NCBI GenBank assembly: GCA_964355335.1
Contig: CAYHDB010000004.1
Location: forward strand, 1-47,960
Reading direction: 5' to 3'
DNA from: an uncultured Candidatus Saccharibacteria bacterium
Lineage (GTDB): Bacteria; Patescibacteriota; Minisyncoccia; Phycocordibacterales; SIBU01
Length of the DNA: 47,960 nucleotides
Each line of letters opens with the position of its first letter. The stretch's first letter is position 1. Position numbers and translations under genes: made by a program. The notes under the pieces were generated by a model. It had not been told where the DNA came from, searched no databases, and saw nothing but the letters and a program-made list of their open reading frames with translations. Positions 46,901 through 47,960 of this stretch are shown here, one piece after another.

Positions 46901-47785
46901 GTATTGCGAGGGAGCGGTGGATGAGGCGATTCCCTCAAGATAGTACGAGTCGTCATGATTCAAGAGGTCAACAATATGAGAAAAATACCCTCCCGGATGC
47001 TTGTCCACGCCCGGTTCGCTGTACTTCATAAAAGGGTCAATTTCTTCAAAGGCTTCAGTTCTAACCTTTTCCGCTCTGCCTGATACAAGCGCAGGGACAT
47101 CAAGCCCCGCGCTCTCGCCACGTCCATATACCACTTTATGCTCCCCGCTCCCCCATAACGGCGCACAAAGTCCAAATGTCGTTTCTTTCTCCTCCTTTTC
47201 AATTGTACCGCTACCACGCTTGACTCCGTCCACCGAAATCTTCACGGATTTTTTGTCATGAATGGCATTGATGAGCGTTTCGATTTTGATCGAATCGACA
47301 ATACCGTTCGGCCAGCCTTTAAGTTTCCATTCGTAAATGATTCGTCCGGTGGTGTCTCTACGAGTGCTTTGAGTCAAGATACCGGAATCAACAATGACTT
47401 GACTATCCGCCAAGATAGAAACCTTGAACGGAAGTGTTTTCGATGGTTCCTTTCCAAACTTCTCTGGTGTATCGGTATAACATGAACTAAAAATCGGAAC
47501 GGTCTCGACCGCTAAATCGTACATCGGGGTGACTGGCAAATCAGGAGTAAACCTTTCCATTTTCATTTTGTCGTTGAACTCTGGATCAACTATCACCCTA
47601 AGAGAATCCATTTCAACTCCAGATGGATATTGAAAGGTTCCTTTTGCCTGTACGTTTGTTTTACAATCCGCCGCCGTGCCATAAAGGACAGTACTGCTCT
47701 GAGCAAAAAGAACTTGTGGTGCGACGCAAAAAGTCACGAAGAGAGACAGTCCGAAAATTATATTTTTATACTTTTTTATCGTCAT
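43961..47785 (-). CDS. Large secreted modular protein: zincin metalloprotease (M64-like), Ig-like, dockerin/EF-hand-like and possible kinase-like domains
   Basis: Signal peptide; VIHEFGHLFADLLDE; SLM Met-turn-like; GDVDGDGVVDGYD; C-terminal Ig-like PNDGSESW domain. Confidence 0.75.
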   Translation of the reverse strand: MTIKKYKNIIFGLSLFVTFCVAPQVLFAQSSTVLYGTAADCKTNVQAKGTFQYPSGVEMDSLRVIVDPEFNDKMKMERFTPDLPVTPMYDLAVETVPIFSSCYTDTPEKFGKEPSKTLPFKVSILADSQVIVDSGILTQSTRRDTTGRIIYEWKLKGWPNGIVDSIKIETLINAIHDKKSVKISVDGVKRGSGTIEKEEKETTFGLCAPLWGSGEHKVVYGRGESAGLDVPALVSGRAEKVRTEAFEEIDPFMKYSEPGVDKHPGGYFSHIVDLLNHDDSYYLEGIASSTAPSQYMDRIRSDSSCRLHKGDYAYTTYNYILYANVKTLLGGLEINGIASPKGRNTMVRSNAGVDTVIHEFGHLFADLLDEDGGGGIPDFDSVNASKNCSFAPLSDFMYEGKLYGYKPNVNTKGCNHSGGIINLPADDPLMQAYKAGKEVTTNSDTPHTPVYRPHPLSLMGYLGRPRRFNAVSCGYIIAAIKGGTGPEYFSECAGLSIVKPVVLASAVSPNRLLASVIDVLSTKQQSAQTKPAIRDKVIFERDTPPAMGVNWYDGQPMPVSLKIGLVSSSNTSSSVDLKANTSDGPLSIELGENVTLSWTIPTTATTCTGNWARDTIGINDAGIGATEVTPRFPSTIYTISCKDASGKIIGTASVEIRTEDYEGGAPVQPTIVSSGSGVVRKSVQVTQSGDVDGDGVVDGYDSYLLDLKNRGVIPADPRLPIRSFILNSKGNSLDADVEKLSGNKKPELLESARGMAWRIKYEKKSRSRATCIPPVLNLSFEKDRPLFNGRSTYRNYTELLYQKIRIVPDCEVLKNRKPVPLVPPEAPSVLLREFVVYDTFRPWIPTPDVLGFANFKFVSADNTFDQSKSYPYMMLQRTAEQDDDIPFTEQFNLRLPIIEALASEQYWSVGKEGDRLSYLKFTKDGATKNISFEKETAIRYRILADFVNLYDHFMFWNEDYAQTASGEWTTISYDHDFSFTCNAPGLPAVRSDINKLLPEARKEYLQAYRRIGLEMFGDEKQLYKILLSVDRFPFDVPNEDRIRLKSFIRRSFYLYSLHFNSPELALEAGVEYVVPKNEQELLVGANKANSLGSLSEKCAESQTSSLTLEIDRMNTRLGNTLPPERKTQPNITIVPITPQPEAPPEIIGFERAVQVKEPFIIAPKEGEVFKAGTLMTVRWTSNLLPNDVPIRLSLRKSRSITTLFTSQLVQGVTTPNDGSESWGVPQGLRPGNYFLELSCVGPDTSASRCSTISSGVFRVAEPDIPVSASANIPI

Positions 47786-47792
47786 ATCAATT

Positions 47793-47960
47793 CTATAGTC
47801 CCGACTCTACTTCCCAGCACAATTTCGCCTTAGTGCCCTTGGTTACTTCCGCTGTCTTGTCGCCATTGCAAGCAAGACCGGCAGGAGCGATGTAAAGATT
47901 AACCCTCGGTCTTGTGATAACTGCCCTTGGAACAATCTTAAAATGCACTTTTGACGTACA
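47793..47960 (-). CDS. C-terminal end of another Ig-like surface protein (partial)
   Basis: Open frame from the window end: CTSKVHFKIVPR...AEVTKGTKAKLCWEVESGL*, stop 7 nt before the next ATG. Confidence 0.55.
   Translation of the reverse strand, partial: CTSKVHFKIVPRAVITRPRVNLYIAPAGLACNGDKTAEVTKGTKAKLCWEVESGL

Overview
Bacterial genomic window, probably from a Patescibacteria/CPR (Parcubacteria-like) genome. This is inferred from the compact housekeeping genes, the pilB-pilC-prepilin cluster and the large Ig-repeat surface proteins; there is no rRNA to confirm it. Left end (1-9.8 kb): partial recJ, a HIT protein, pgk, tpiA and a type IV pilus cluster carrying short repeat insertions. Centre (about 9.9-33.1 kb): an accessory island of mostly monocistronic enzyme genes, many with their own sigma70-like promoter and intrinsic terminator. 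It centres on arginine and amino-acid chemistry (argE, argA, argG, argS, a SpeD-like decarboxylase, an enolase-family racemase, a GNAT, M14/M20 deacylases, an ATP-grasp ligase, a PLP enzyme and an S66 peptidase). The most striking part is a regulatory block absent from the ORF track. A T-box riboswitch with a non-canonical 5' domain precedes two zinc-ribbon microproteins. It is followed by trpR with a tandem TrpR-type operator and a complete Trp-leader-peptide attenuator (WRW). The attenuator controls an LMW-phosphatase-like gene and a PEP-utiliser/phosphohistidine kinase, not trp genes. Right end: a histidine kinase/DMT module, an FGE-sulfatase-domain protein, a PemK toxin-antitoxin pair and giant secreted modular proteins. 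All family assignments come from motif reading and recollection; no searches were run.
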